Assembly (NCBI GenBank): GCA_965207735.1
Contig: OZ242296.1
Span: 3,616,001-3,680,000 of the forward strand
Reading direction: 5' to 3'
DNA from: Candidatus Versatilivorator sp.
Lineage (GTDB): Bacteria; Acidobacteriota; Terriglobia; Versatilivoradales; Versatilivoraceae
DNA: 64,000 nucleotides
A model generated the notes under the pieces. The model ran no database searches, was not told where the DNA came from, and saw nothing but the letters and a program-made list of their open reading frames with translations. Positions 38,132 through 47,185 of the stretch are shown here, piece after piece (position 1 is the first letter of the stretch; every line of letters begins with the position of its first letter). The translations under genes and the position numbers were made by a program.

Positions 38132-38935
38132 ATGATGCGGTCGAAGAATTACCCGTGCTTGCCTGTTGCGCTGCTGGCGGCTCTCTTTGCGGGGGCCTGC
38201 GGCAGCGTCGACATCGACGATGAAGATCTGGATGGCGTCGATGGGACCGAAGCTCCGGCAACGGTCACCAAGGTGGATCCCGCTACTGCGGCTACGGTCA
38301 ATGGCAAAGTCTTCTTCGAAGGCGACCTGCCCAGGGCCAGGCGGCTGGCGATGGACGCGGAACCGGCTTGCGCCGGTCTGCACACTGCACCTGTCTACTC
38401 CGAAGTGGTGGTTCCCAACGACAACAATACGCTGAGGCACGTCTTCGTGTACGTCAAGGAAGGCCTGGACGGCATGATGTTCGAGACGCCCAGCGAACCG
38501 GCAATTCTGGATCAAAAGGGGTGTATCTACCTGCCCCACATGCTGGGCGTCCAGATCAATCAGCCGGTCAGAATCCTGAACAGCGATCCCACCACCCACA
38601 ACGTCCATCCGACCCCCAGGAACAATCGCGAGTGGAACGAATCCATGGCTCCGGGCATACCGCCCAAGGTGAAGAAGTTTCCTCGCGAGGAAGTCATGAT
38701 TCCGGTCAAGTGCAATGTCCATCCCTGGATGAAGAGCTATATCGGCGTTTTGCCGCACCCGTTCTTCTCGGTGACCGACGGGGATGGCTCGTTCGAAATC
38801 ACGGGACTGCCTCCCGGCGACTACACGATCGGCATCTGGCACGAGTTCCTGAAAGAGGGTGTCACCACCCAGAAGGTCACCCTGGCTGCCAGCGAGTCCA
38901 AATCGGTGGAATTCACCCTGAAGCAGGCTTCCTGA
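38132..38935 (+). CDS. Lipoprotein with cupredoxin-like site and carboxypeptidase-regulatory-like beta domain
   Basis: Lipobox AGAC; DQKGC.Y.PH, HNVH and CNVHPWM (type-1 Cu-like ligands); DGSFEI.GLPPG.Y...WHE. Confidence 0.75.
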   Translation: MMRSKNYPCLPVALLAALFAGACGSVDIDDEDLDGVDGTEAPATVTKVDPATAATVNGKVFFEGDLPRARRLAMDAEPACAGLHTAPVYSEVVVPNDNNTLRHVFVYVKEGLDGMMFETPSEPAILDQKGCIYLPHMLGVQINQPVRILNSDPTTHNVHPTPRNNREWNESMAPGIPPKVKKFPREEVMIPVKCNVHPWMKSYIGVLPHPFFSVTDGDGSFEITGLPPGDYTIGIWHEFLKEGVTTQKVTLAASESKSVEFTLKQAS

Positions 38936-39017
38936 GACCGACGATTCCCAAGGGATCCGCTTCGCGAAGACGGCTTCGCTGTGGAATCGGTCATTCCCCG
39001 GGCCCGCTGAATTCTTC

Positions 39018-39944
39018 ATGAACCACTCATTGCCGACAAGCATCGGTAGTGCCGGGAGTTACCACTACTTTGCAGTGCTCACGGCCTGCTTCACCTTTCT
39101 GCTGATCGTTGCCGGGGCCCTGGTCACTGGGAACGAGGCGGGCTTGTCCGTCCCGGATTGGCCGTTGTCCTACGGGTCGTTGAATCCGCCCTGGGAAGGG
39201 AACATCCGCTATGAGCACGGGCACCGAATGGTGGCGGCCTTTGTGGGATTGCTGACCATTGCGCTGGCCGTCTGGGTGTGGAAGAAGGAGACCCGCGGGC
39301 CCGTGCGCAAGCTGGGATGGATCGCTCTGGGGGTGGTGGTCGCCCAGGGACTCCTGGGAGGCGTCACTGTCCTGTGGTATTTGCCGGCCCCGATATCGGT
39401 CCTGCACGCCTGCCTGGCCCAGGCATTCTTTTGCCTGGTGGTCAGCCTGGCCTGGCTGTCCTCTCCCGCCTGGGAACGGCGGGTTCGGGACCGAAGCCTT
39501 GGCCTTCCGCTCAACCGACTGGCCATGGCCACCGCCGGGGCCATCTATCTCCAGCTTCTGTTGGGCGCCATTTTTCGCCACACCCAATCCGGGATTCTGC
39601 CTCACCTGTTGGGGGCTCTCCTGGTTACGCTGTTGGGCGGATGGCTGATCGCTCGCGTGTTCCTATCTCCACAAGCATTCTCGGGACTGACCGGCGCCGC
39701 AACCCTGCTGGGGGTCCTGCTCGCGCTTCAACTCCTGCTGGGTCTGGCTTCCTGGCTGTTGCGGCTGGCCGCCGCCGATGCGGTGCAACCGGAGTTTCCG
39801 CTTGTGGCCGTCACCACCGCGCATGTCGCCGTGGGCGCCCTGCTTCTCGCGAACGGTGTGATTCTGGCCTTGCAGTCCTGGGGGGTCCGGACTGGAGATA
39901 GACGGGCCGAACTAGGCGCCTCGGCAGCCCCGGTGAAACCATGA
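39018..39944 (+). CDS. ctaA: Heme A synthase (COX15/CtaA)
   Basis: GALVT..AGL..PDWP, EH.HR, QG.LGG.TV, H ligands. Confidence 0.9.
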   Translation: MNHSLPTSIGSAGSYHYFAVLTACFTFLLIVAGALVTGNEAGLSVPDWPLSYGSLNPPWEGNIRYEHGHRMVAAFVGLLTIALAVWVWKKETRGPVRKLGWIALGVVVAQGLLGGVTVLWYLPAPISVLHACLAQAFFCLVVSLAWLSSPAWERRVRDRSLGLPLNRLAMATAGAIYLQLLLGAIFRHTQSGILPHLLGALLVTLLGGWLIARVFLSPQAFSGLTGAATLLGVLLALQLLLGLASWLLRLAAADAVQPEFPLVAVTTAHVAVGALLLANGVILALQSWGVRTGDRRAELGASAAPVKP

Positions 39945-40927
39945 ACAGCGCCGAAAAAATCCTCAAGGTCGGGGGGATGGCGGTTGCGGAGGCACCGGCG
40001 CTTCCGGTTCTGCTCGGCGCCGACCGCTGCAAGGCCAAGCCGGCCGGCCGGGGGAGCATCCTATCCGCCTGCGGAGCTCGGGCGTCGGCTTACCTGGAGT
40101 TGACCAAGCCGGAAGTGACCTTCCTGGTTCTGGTAGCGGCCGGCCTGGGATTTGCCATGGCTTCTGCCCGACTGGACTTGCCGGGCTTGATGCAGGTGCT
40201 GCTGGGGACCGGTCTGCTGGGTGCCGGGACGGCTGCTCTCAACCAGTGCCTGGAGTGGGCTGACGACGCCAAGATGCGGAGGACAGTCCGCCGGCCGATT
40301 CCATCGGGGCGTTTGGCCTTGTGGGAAAGCTACGGGCTGGGAGTGGTTTCGGCCTTGGCCGGAACCGCCTACCTGACCGTATGGGTGAGTCCGCTGGCAG
40401 GCCTGATCGGCTTGACGGCCTGTCTGGCCTACTTGGCCGGCTATACTCCGTTGAAGCGAAAGACGGCTTGGTGTACCTTTGTGGGAGCGTTCCCGGGAGC
40501 GGCTCCCGTGCTGATCGGATGGACGGCGGCCGACTCTCTCTCGCTGCAGGCCGGGGTACTGTTCGCCGTCTTGTTCCTGTGGCAGTTCCCCCATTTTATC
40601 GCCATTGCCTGGATGTATCGGGAAGACTACGCCAGGGCGGGCCTGTTGATGCTTCCGCGGGGCGATGCCGGGGGAAGGCGGGCGTTCCGCCAGATTATGG
40701 CCTTCTCGCTGGCCCTGGTTTCCGCCAGTCTGGCCCCGTACTGGCTGGGGATGGCCGGCTCGATCTATCTGACGGCCGCGCTTTGCCTGGGAGCCGGATT
40801 CCTCTATTACGCCTGGCGGGCCTACGCCCAGCGAACCAAGCAGCAGGCCAGACTGTTGCTCCACGTTACCGTCATCTACCTTCCGTTGCTCTACCTGATG
40901 ATGGTGCTCGACAAGGTGGGAGCTTGA
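39941..40927 (+). CDS. ctaB: Protoheme IX farnesyltransferase (heme O synthase)
   Basis: ELTKP, N...E...DAKMRRT..RPIPSG, YTPLKR, LWQFPHF, REDY..AG. Confidence 0.95.
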   Translation: MNSAEKILKVGGMAVAEAPALPVLLGADRCKAKPAGRGSILSACGARASAYLELTKPEVTFLVLVAAGLGFAMASARLDLPGLMQVLLGTGLLGAGTAALNQCLEWADDAKMRRTVRRPIPSGRLALWESYGLGVVSALAGTAYLTVWVSPLAGLIGLTACLAYLAGYTPLKRKTAWCTFVGAFPGAAPVLIGWTAADSLSLQAGVLFAVLFLWQFPHFIAIAWMYREDYARAGLLMLPRGDAGGRRAFRQIMAFSLALVSASLAPYWLGMAGSIYLTAALCLGAGFLYYAWRAYAQRTKQQARLLLHVTVIYLPLLYLMMVLDKVGA

Positions 40928-40976
40928 AATCCTCCTCAGCCCGGGCTGAGAGGATATCTACCAAGGAGATTCATTT

Positions 40977-41768
40977 ATGGCGCTTGCATTGGCAATTTTG
41001 ATCTGGGCGATTGTGCTGGCGTCCGTTGTCTTGTTCACGGGGGAATTTGGCTGGTTTCCGCCGCAAATCTCGGCTCACGGCGATGCCATGGACGCCCAGT
41101 TCAACAATACCCTGGTTGTGGTGGCCATCGGGTTCATTCTGGCCCAGGTGGCTCTCGGCTACTACGTGTGGCGATACCGCGACCGGGCCGGCGGGCGGGT
41201 CGTCTATACCCATGGCAACGCCAAGTTCGAGGTGGCGACCGTCCTGATCACCGCGGTCACCTTCGTGACTCTGGCCATCATCGGTCAGCGCGTCTGGATC
41301 GATCTTCATCTGGAGGATATGCCCGAGAATGCCGTCCAGGTCGAAGTCACGGCTCAGCAGTTCGCCTGGAACTTCCGTTATCCCGGTCCCGACGGCCAGT
41401 TCGGAAGAACCGTCCCCCGCCTGATCAACGACCAGTTGAACCCGGTGGGACTTGACTCCGGCGATCCTGCCTCCAAGGACGACGTCGTCACCCTCAACCG
41501 CATGGCAGTTCCGGTGAACCGCGATATTCGGCTCACCCTTCGTTCCAAGGACGTCACCCACAGCTTCTTTGTGCCGGCCATGCGCTTCAAGCAGGACACG
41601 ACTCCGGGGCTGGCCGTGCCGGGGCATTTCAAGGCGCTGAAGACTGGAGAATATGAAATCGCCTGCGCAGAATTGTGCGGGTTGCAGCACTACAAGATGA
41701 AAGGGTTCCTGATGGTCATGTCGGACCAGGAATTCGAAGCCTGGCTGAAGGAGCGCGCCGAATTCTGA
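40977..41768 (+). CDS. ctaC: Cytochrome c oxidase subunit II (CuA, no fused cytochrome c)
   Basis: QF.W.F.YP, SKDVTHSF, CAELCGLQHYKM. Confidence 0.95.
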   Translation: MALALAILIWAIVLASVVLFTGEFGWFPPQISAHGDAMDAQFNNTLVVVAIGFILAQVALGYYVWRYRDRAGGRVVYTHGNAKFEVATVLITAVTFVTLAIIGQRVWIDLHLEDMPENAVQVEVTAQQFAWNFRYPGPDGQFGRTVPRLINDQLNPVGLDSGDPASKDDVVTLNRMAVPVNRDIRLTLRSKDVTHSFFVPAMRFKQDTTPGLAVPGHFKALKTGEYEIACAELCGLQHYKMKGFLMVMSDQEFEAWLKERAEF

Positions 41769-41813
41769 TCCGAACCAACGGCCCCCGGTCCCAGCCAACA
41801 AGGGAGATTGTTC

Positions 41814-43583
41814 ATGTCTGATTCAGCCCACCCTGTCGTCCATCCGGCGCCGACGACATTTATTCGCAAATGGGTATTCAGCACAGACCATAAGATCATC
41901 GGGATCCAGTATTACTTCCTGGCGTTGATCGCGGTCTTCACCGGTCTGGCGCTTTCCGTGCTGATGCGGCTGCGGTTGGCCTGGCCGGCCGAGTCCTGGC
42001 CCTGGCTGGAGAAAATATTTCCGGTGGGGTTCGAGGGCGGGGTGATGTCACCCGAGTTCTACCTGGCCATGCTGACCATGCACGGCACCATCATGGTCTT
42101 CTTCGTCTTGACCACGGCTCCACAGGGCGGATTCGGGAATTACTTCCTGCCAATCCAGATCGGGGCCCACGACATGGCCTTTCCGGTGCTGAACATGCTG
42201 TCCTTCTGGGTCACCTTCCTGAGCATGGGAGTGATGTTTGCGGCCTTCTTCGTGGCCGGAGGGGCGCCGATATCCGGCTGGACGGCCTACGCCCCGCTCA
42301 GCGCACTGGGTGAGGTGGCCGGACCCGGGCTGGGGTCGGGTCAGGACCTGTGGATTATCAGTATCGCCCTCTTCTGTGTCGCCTCCCTGCTGGGCGCGCT
42401 CAACTTCATCACCACGGTTCTCAATATGCGGGCCAAGGGAATGTCGCTGATGAAGATGCCGCTGACCGTCTGGACCTGGTTCACCACGGCTATCCTGGCC
42501 CTGCTTTCCTTCCCGGTGCTGCTGGCGGCCGGAATCCTGCTGTTGCTCGACCGGATCGGCGGAACCAGCTTCTTCATCCCGGCCGGCCTGGTGGTGAGTG
42601 ACACCGTTATCGAGAGCTCGGGAGGCTCTCCCATCTTGTGGCAGCACCTCTTCTGGTTCTTCGGGCACCCCGAGGTCTACATTGCCATCCTTCCGGGTAT
42701 GGGCGTGACCTCCCAGTTGTTGGCGACCTTCGCCCGCAAGCCGGTTTTCGGATACCACGCCATGGTGGTGGCCATCTTCGCCATTGGAATGCTGGGCTTC
42801 TTCGTCTGGGGACATCACATGTTCGTGAGCGGCCTGAGTCCCTTTTCGGCGCTGGTGTTCTCCATCCTGACCCTGGCCATCGGCGTGCCGTCGGCGATCA
42901 AGACCTTCAACTGGCTGGGAACCTTGTGGGGAGGGAAGATCCGCTTGACCACCGCCATGCTCTTTGCCATCGGCTTCGTATCCCTGTTCGTCTCCGGGGG
43001 CATCACGGGCCTTTTCCTGGGGCAGACATCGGTGGACGTGCAACTTCACGATACCTACTTCCCGGTAGCCCACTTCCACATGATCATGGGTGTGGCGGCT
43101 ATCTTCGGTATTTTGGGGGCCACCTACTACTGGTTCCCCAAAATGTTCGGGCGCATGCTTCACGAAGGGTTGGGCAAGCTGCACTTCTGGTTGACCTTCG
43201 CCGGTGTGAACGCCATCTTCATCCCCATGCATTTGATGGGAATCATGGGGCAACTGCGGCGCTACGCGGAGTCGACCGAGTTCAAGTTCATGGAACCGCT
43301 CCAACCCTATCAGGAATTTGTGACCATCGCGGTTTTCGTGACGGCGGCCGCCCAGCTCCTGTTCCTGGTGAATTTTTTCTGGGGGATGTTCAAGGGCAAG
43401 AAGGCCACCGAAAACCCCTGGGAGGCCACCACCCTGGAATGGATTACCGCTTCTCCGCCACCTCATGACAACTTTGGGGGGAGAGAGCTGGTGGTTCACC
43501 ACGGGGCCTATGAATATGGGGTTCCGGGGGCGCCGCGGGACTACGTGATGCAGACCGATCCACCGCTTGAGAGTGGAAAGTAG
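41814..43583 (+). CDS. ctaD: Cytochrome c oxidase subunit I, A1 type
   Basis: TDHK.IG, MHGT.M.F, WFFGHPEVY, VWGHHMF, HDTY..AHFH. Confidence 0.97.
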   Translation: MSDSAHPVVHPAPTTFIRKWVFSTDHKIIGIQYYFLALIAVFTGLALSVLMRLRLAWPAESWPWLEKIFPVGFEGGVMSPEFYLAMLTMHGTIMVFFVLTTAPQGGFGNYFLPIQIGAHDMAFPVLNMLSFWVTFLSMGVMFAAFFVAGGAPISGWTAYAPLSALGEVAGPGLGSGQDLWIISIALFCVASLLGALNFITTVLNMRAKGMSLMKMPLTVWTWFTTAILALLSFPVLLAAGILLLLDRIGGTSFFIPAGLVVSDTVIESSGGSPILWQHLFWFFGHPEVYIAILPGMGVTSQLLATFARKPVFGYHAMVVAIFAIGMLGFFVWGHHMFVSGLSPFSALVFSILTLAIGVPSAIKTFNWLGTLWGGKIRLTTAMLFAIGFVSLFVSGGITGLFLGQTSVDVQLHDTYFPVAHFHMIMGVAAIFGILGATYYWFPKMFGRMLHEGLGKLHFWLTFAGVNAIFIPMHLMGIMGQLRRYAESTEFKFMEPLQPYQEFVTIAVFVTAAAQLLFLVNFFWGMFKGKKATENPWEATTLEWITASPPPHDNFGGRELVVHHGAYEYGVPGAPRDYVMQTDPPLESGK

Positions 43584-43616
43584 GGCGACCGTCGGGTCGC
43601 TTGCGGAGGTCCCGCC

Positions 43617-44288
43617 ATGCCTGTGGCCATTGCACCCCCTGAAGTCAAGCCGCCAACCGACAAGGGAGACCTGGTCCCGGAATCGGGCGGACCGGGAGGC
43701 GGCTCGGGATCGGACCGGAGATCGGATCGATGGGGGGACGGTGGCGGCAGGCGGCTCCGCCCCGACAGCTATCAGTTGGGGATGTGGCTGGCTCTGGCCT
43801 CCATTTCCATGATGTTTATCGGTTTCAGCAGCGCCTATATCCTGGGACAGGGGACAAACAGCCAGTGGCGAGCCATGGCGGCTCCGCCCTTTGTCTGGAT
43901 CAATACGGTGATTCTGCTGGCGAGCAGCCTCAGCCTGGAGTTGGCACGGAGAGCCGCGGTTGCCTCCGAGTTGAGGCGATGGATGACCGTGACCTGTTTG
44001 CTGGGAGCGGCCTTTCTGGTTGGCCAGCTCTGGATCTGGAGGCTGTTGGCCGATCAGGGCATCTACCTGAGCGGGAATCCCCATAGCTCTTTCTTCTACT
44101 TGTTGACGGGAGTCCATGGCGTGCATCTGCTGGGGGGCGTGGCGGGGCTGGCCTACCTGACGGCCAGAGCCTGGAGCTCGGCGGCCAGGATCCCGGCAAG
44201 AGCCTCGTTGAACGTCACGACGCTCTACTGGCATTTCATGGACGGGCTCTGGATTTATCTATTGGTCTTGTTGTTTTTCTGGAGGTAA
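43617..44288 (+). CDS. ctaE: Cytochrome c oxidase subunit III-like (copy a)
   Basis: NT.ILL.SS, FFYLLTG.HG.H..GG, YWHFMD.LW. Confidence 0.88.
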   Translation: MPVAIAPPEVKPPTDKGDLVPESGGPGGGSGSDRRSDRWGDGGGRRLRPDSYQLGMWLALASISMMFIGFSSAYILGQGTNSQWRAMAAPPFVWINTVILLASSLSLELARRAAVASELRRWMTVTCLLGAAFLVGQLWIWRLLADQGIYLSGNPHSSFFYLLTGVHGVHLLGGVAGLAYLTARAWSSAARIPARASLNVTTLYWHFMDGLWIYLLVLLFFWR

Positions 44289-44294
44289 GCGCGG

Positions 44295-44930
44295 ATGGCA
44301 GACGCTCGTGTGGAAAATACGGGATTGCAGGTGTGGGGAGGTGGGACCCTTCCCTACTCGGTGTCTCACATCAAGCTGGGGATGTGGCTCTTCATCGTTT
44401 CCGATGCCTTGACCTTCTCCGCCTTGTTGTTCGGTTACAGCTATGTCAGGATAGCCACCCCGGACTGGCCGACCCCCTTTCATTTCTGGCCGACCATAGT
44501 CTTTGCCACGTTGATGACCGCCGTTCTGCTGTCGAGCAGCCTGACCATGGTGCTCGCCGTCAATGCGGCCCAGCGGGGCGATCGCAAATGGACCATTCGC
44601 TGGATCCTGTGGACGGCCTTTTTCGGCACCGCCTTCATCGTGCTGCACGGCCTGGAATGGATGGGGCTCATAAACCAAGGAATGACTCTGAGTGGGAATC
44701 CCTGGGGGACACCGCTGTTCGGTGCCACTTTCTTCGGGATCACCGGCATGCACATGTTTCACGTCTTTACCGGCGTGGTCTATCTGCTGGCGATCGCCGG
44801 GGGGGTCGCCAGGAAGCGGTTTCATTCCGAACACGTCGAGGTCTGCGGCTTGTACTGGCACTTCGTGGACCTGGTCTGGATGTTCGTGTTTCCCCTGGTC
44901 TACCTGCTTTCCGTCGACATGGGAGCGTAA
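44295..44930 (+). CDS. ctaE: Cytochrome c oxidase subunit III-like (copy b)
   Basis: KLGMWLFI.SD, T.VLL.SS.TM, FF.ITG.H..HV..G, GLYWHFVDLVW. Confidence 0.88.
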   Translation: MADARVENTGLQVWGGGTLPYSVSHIKLGMWLFIVSDALTFSALLFGYSYVRIATPDWPTPFHFWPTIVFATLMTAVLLSSSLTMVLAVNAAQRGDRKWTIRWILWTAFFGTAFIVLHGLEWMGLINQGMTLSGNPWGTPLFGATFFGITGMHMFHVFTGVVYLLAIAGGVARKRFHSEHVEVCGLYWHFVDLVWMFVFPLVYLLSVDMGA

Positions 44931-44964
44931 AACCTACGCGGAATGAAGAAGAGGAGATTCGCCG

Positions 44965-45543
44965 ATGGTCGAGACGTTGCTGCTGCTAGCCTTGAACCTG
45001 CTTCTGGGAGCCGGATGCGTATTTGCGGTGCTGCGCCAGACGCCCCAGGACGTGATGACGCTCGATGGACTGTTCCTGTCCATCTCCTGCATGGTTCTGG
45101 CCCTGGTGTTCTTTCTCAACGGCTACTGGACCTTGCGCAGCCGGGAACTGAGTCCGCTGCTGCAACGGCTGCTCCCGAAGAGGAAGAAATCGGAGAAGCC
45201 CGAAGCTCACCCCGTGGTTCGCAAGGAGGTGCCCCTGGTTCTGGACCATGGCGCGCACAGCGCCATGGGGAACCGGCTGGTCTTCACGGTCTGGTTCTGG
45301 TTGGTACTCATCACCCTGGTGGAAGTGTTTCTGGCATACATCCAGCTGGACGTGACCACCATGCTGATCCTGCTGCTGGGGTTCTCGTTGGTGAAGGCGG
45401 CCCTGATCATCGCCTACTTCATGCACCTGCGGTTCGAAAAGCGGAGCCTGATGTGGACCCTGATGCCCGCCATGGTGGTCACCATCTGTCTCCTGGCCGT
45501 CTTTTTCCCCGACAGCTTCCGGTTGCTGGAATTGCGCCCGTGA
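44965..45543 (+). CDS. ctaF: Cytochrome c oxidase subunit IV family protein with N-terminal 2-TM extension
   Basis: L..IT..EV, KA.LI..YFMHLRFE. Confidence 0.8.
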   Translation: MVETLLLLALNLLLGAGCVFAVLRQTPQDVMTLDGLFLSISCMVLALVFFLNGYWTLRSRELSPLLQRLLPKRKKSEKPEAHPVVRKEVPLVLDHGAHSAMGNRLVFTVWFWLVLITLVEVFLAYIQLDVTTMLILLLGFSLVKAALIIAYFMHLRFEKRSLMWTLMPAMVVTICLLAVFFPDSFRLLELRP

Positions 45544-45561
45544 CGGGAGGCGGGTTGCGCC

Positions 45562-45819
45562 ATGCTTGAAACCTGCAACAGCCGTTTGCGAAAGAGCTGG
45601 CCGTTTTTGGCGGCGGGTGTCGTGCTGGCATGCCTCTTGCAGCCGGAGGCGGCCGCCCAGGGCTGCGCCATGTGCAAGACGGCCGCCGAGGCTCAGCCGG
45701 AGCCGGCAATCTCTGCCCTCGGACGGGCCATCCTCTTCCTGTTGACTCCTCCTGTGGCCATCATGGGGACCATCCTGGTCTACACTTTCAGGAAAGACTC
45801 CTCCAATCGGGATGCATGA
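45562..45819 (+). CDS. Small exported membrane-anchored protein with CAMC motif
   Basis: Signal peptide, AQGCAMCK, C-terminal TM; ATGA overlap with the next gene. Confidence 0.7.
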   Translation: MLETCNSRLRKSWPFLAAGVVLACLLQPEAAAQGCAMCKTAAEAQPEPAISALGRAILFLLTPPVAIMGTILVYTFRKDSSNRDA

Positions 45820-46229
45820 TTGACCTTGCGGACCTCCCGGCCCTAAACGTCGGCCTCAATACCGCCTGCGCCTGCTGCCTGCTGGGGGGATACTACTGGA
45901 TCCGTCGAGGGCGCGTCGCCGCTCACAAGCGGTTCATGCTGGCCGCGCTGGGTTTTTCCAGCCTGTTCCTGACTTCCTACCTCATCTACCACTTTCAGGT
46001 CGGGTCGGTCGCCTTTACCGGCACGGGTTGGGTTCGACCGGTCTACTTTGCCATCTTGCTGAGCCACATCCTCCTGGCCGCGGCGATCTTGCCTTTGGCC
46101 GCCGTCACTGTCTATCGGGCCTGGAATGAGCGATTCGAGTCCCACAAGCGGTTGGCCCGCTGGACCCTTCCGATCTGGCTTTACGTTTCCGTGACCGGGG
46201 TGATCATCTACTGGATGCTCTATCGTTGA
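45816..46229 (+). CDS. DUF420 (CtaM/YozB-like) oxidase assembly membrane protein
   Basis: LP.LN..LN, H...M, S.LFL.SYL.YH, L.SH..LA, HKRLARWT.PIWLYVS.TGV..Y. Confidence 0.88.
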   Translation: MIDLADLPALNVGLNTACACCLLGGYYWIRRGRVAAHKRFMLAALGFSSLFLTSYLIYHFQVGSVAFTGTGWVRPVYFAILLSHILLAAAILPLAAVTVYRAWNERFESHKRLARWTLPIWLYVSVTGVIIYWMLYR

Positions 46230-47185
46230 GTTCCATGCCTGATCCAACACCGAACCAACACCACATACCCGAGACCCCTAAACGGCTTGGCCAGGGCTGG
46301 TGGGCTCACCTCCTGGCCGTGGCCTTCGTGTTTCTGGCGATTCTGGTTCCCTTCCTCTTTTGGCAGCAGACCTGGTTCGGAACCGCCCTCAGCGATCAGG
46401 AGATTCGCGAGAATCTGGATCCTGCCGCCAAGCCACGCAAGATTCAGCACGCCCTGGTGCAACTCTCGGAGCAACTGACCGATTCGGGACCGGCCGCTGT
46501 CGCCGCCTGGTACCCCGAGGTAGCGAAACTGGTGGAGCACCCGACCGCTGAAGTGCGCATGACGGTGGCCTGGTTGATGGGGCAAGACCCCACCGCCTCC
46601 GAATTCCGGGTCAGTCTGACTCGACTGCTTCAGGACGCCAATCCGCTGGTTCGACGCAACGCCGCCCTTTCTCTGGTGGCTTTCGGGGAAATAGGCGGCC
46701 GGAAGGAAGTGCGGGGCATGCTGTCCAGCCGGCGCATCCCGGCGCCGGCTTCCGGGGAGCTGCAGTTTCGGCTGAGCGAGGGAGACAGCGTTCGGGCGGG
46801 AACCCTGGTGGCTCGCATTCAGGTGACTGCCGGGGCCTATGAGGAGGTTCGCACTGCCGTGCCGGGATATGTGGAAGAGCGGCTGGCGGAGGAAGGGACG
46901 ACGGTATCGGCAGGCCAGCCGCTGGTTTCCCTGGCCCCTGAAGAGGACCAGGTGTGGGAAGCGCTTCGGGCCATGTATTTCATCGGGGAACTGCAGGACC
47001 TGCCGCTCATTCAAACTCTTTTGTCGGAAAATCCGATGCTCTCCGAGCGAGTCCTGCAGCAGGCGGCTTTCACCATTGGCGCCATTCGCGGCAGAGGCGG
47101 TCAGGAAAAGCCCGCTTGTCTGAAACAACCGACAAAAGACAAAAGACAAAAGACTTATCCACGAAGGGGCACGAAGGACCACTAA
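46226..47185 (+). CDS. Membrane-anchored HEAT-repeat protein with inserted biotinyl/lipoyl-like hairpin domain
   Basis: TM (LVPFLFW..TWFG), HEAT repeats (EVRMTVAWLMG, LVRRNAALSL), EGDSV.AG..V and PG.V.....EG..V.AGQPL. Confidence 0.7.
   Translation: MSSMPDPTPNQHHIPETPKRLGQGWWAHLLAVAFVFLAILVPFLFWQQTWFGTALSDQEIRENLDPAAKPRKIQHALVQLSEQLTDSGPAAVAAWYPEVAKLVEHPTAEVRMTVAWLMGQDPTASEFRVSLTRLLQDANPLVRRNAALSLVAFGEIGGRKEVRGMLSSRRIPAPASGELQFRLSEGDSVRAGTLVARIQVTAGAYEEVRTAVPGYVEERLAEEGTTVSAGQPLVSLAPEEDQVWEALRAMYFIGELQDLPLIQTLLSENPMLSERVLQQAAFTIGAIRGRGGQEKPACLKQPTKDKRQKTYPRRGTKDH

Noticed and set aside
38936-38995. Terminator between the cupredoxin and ctaA genes
   Set aside because: Only a short CGATTCC/GGAATCG stem with a large loop and no U-tract
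42048-44234. 728-aa minus-strand ORF (and similar long ORFs, e.g. 58861-61233, 61318-62763)
   Set aside because: Antisense shadows of well-supported genes, expected in high-GC DNA; no motifs
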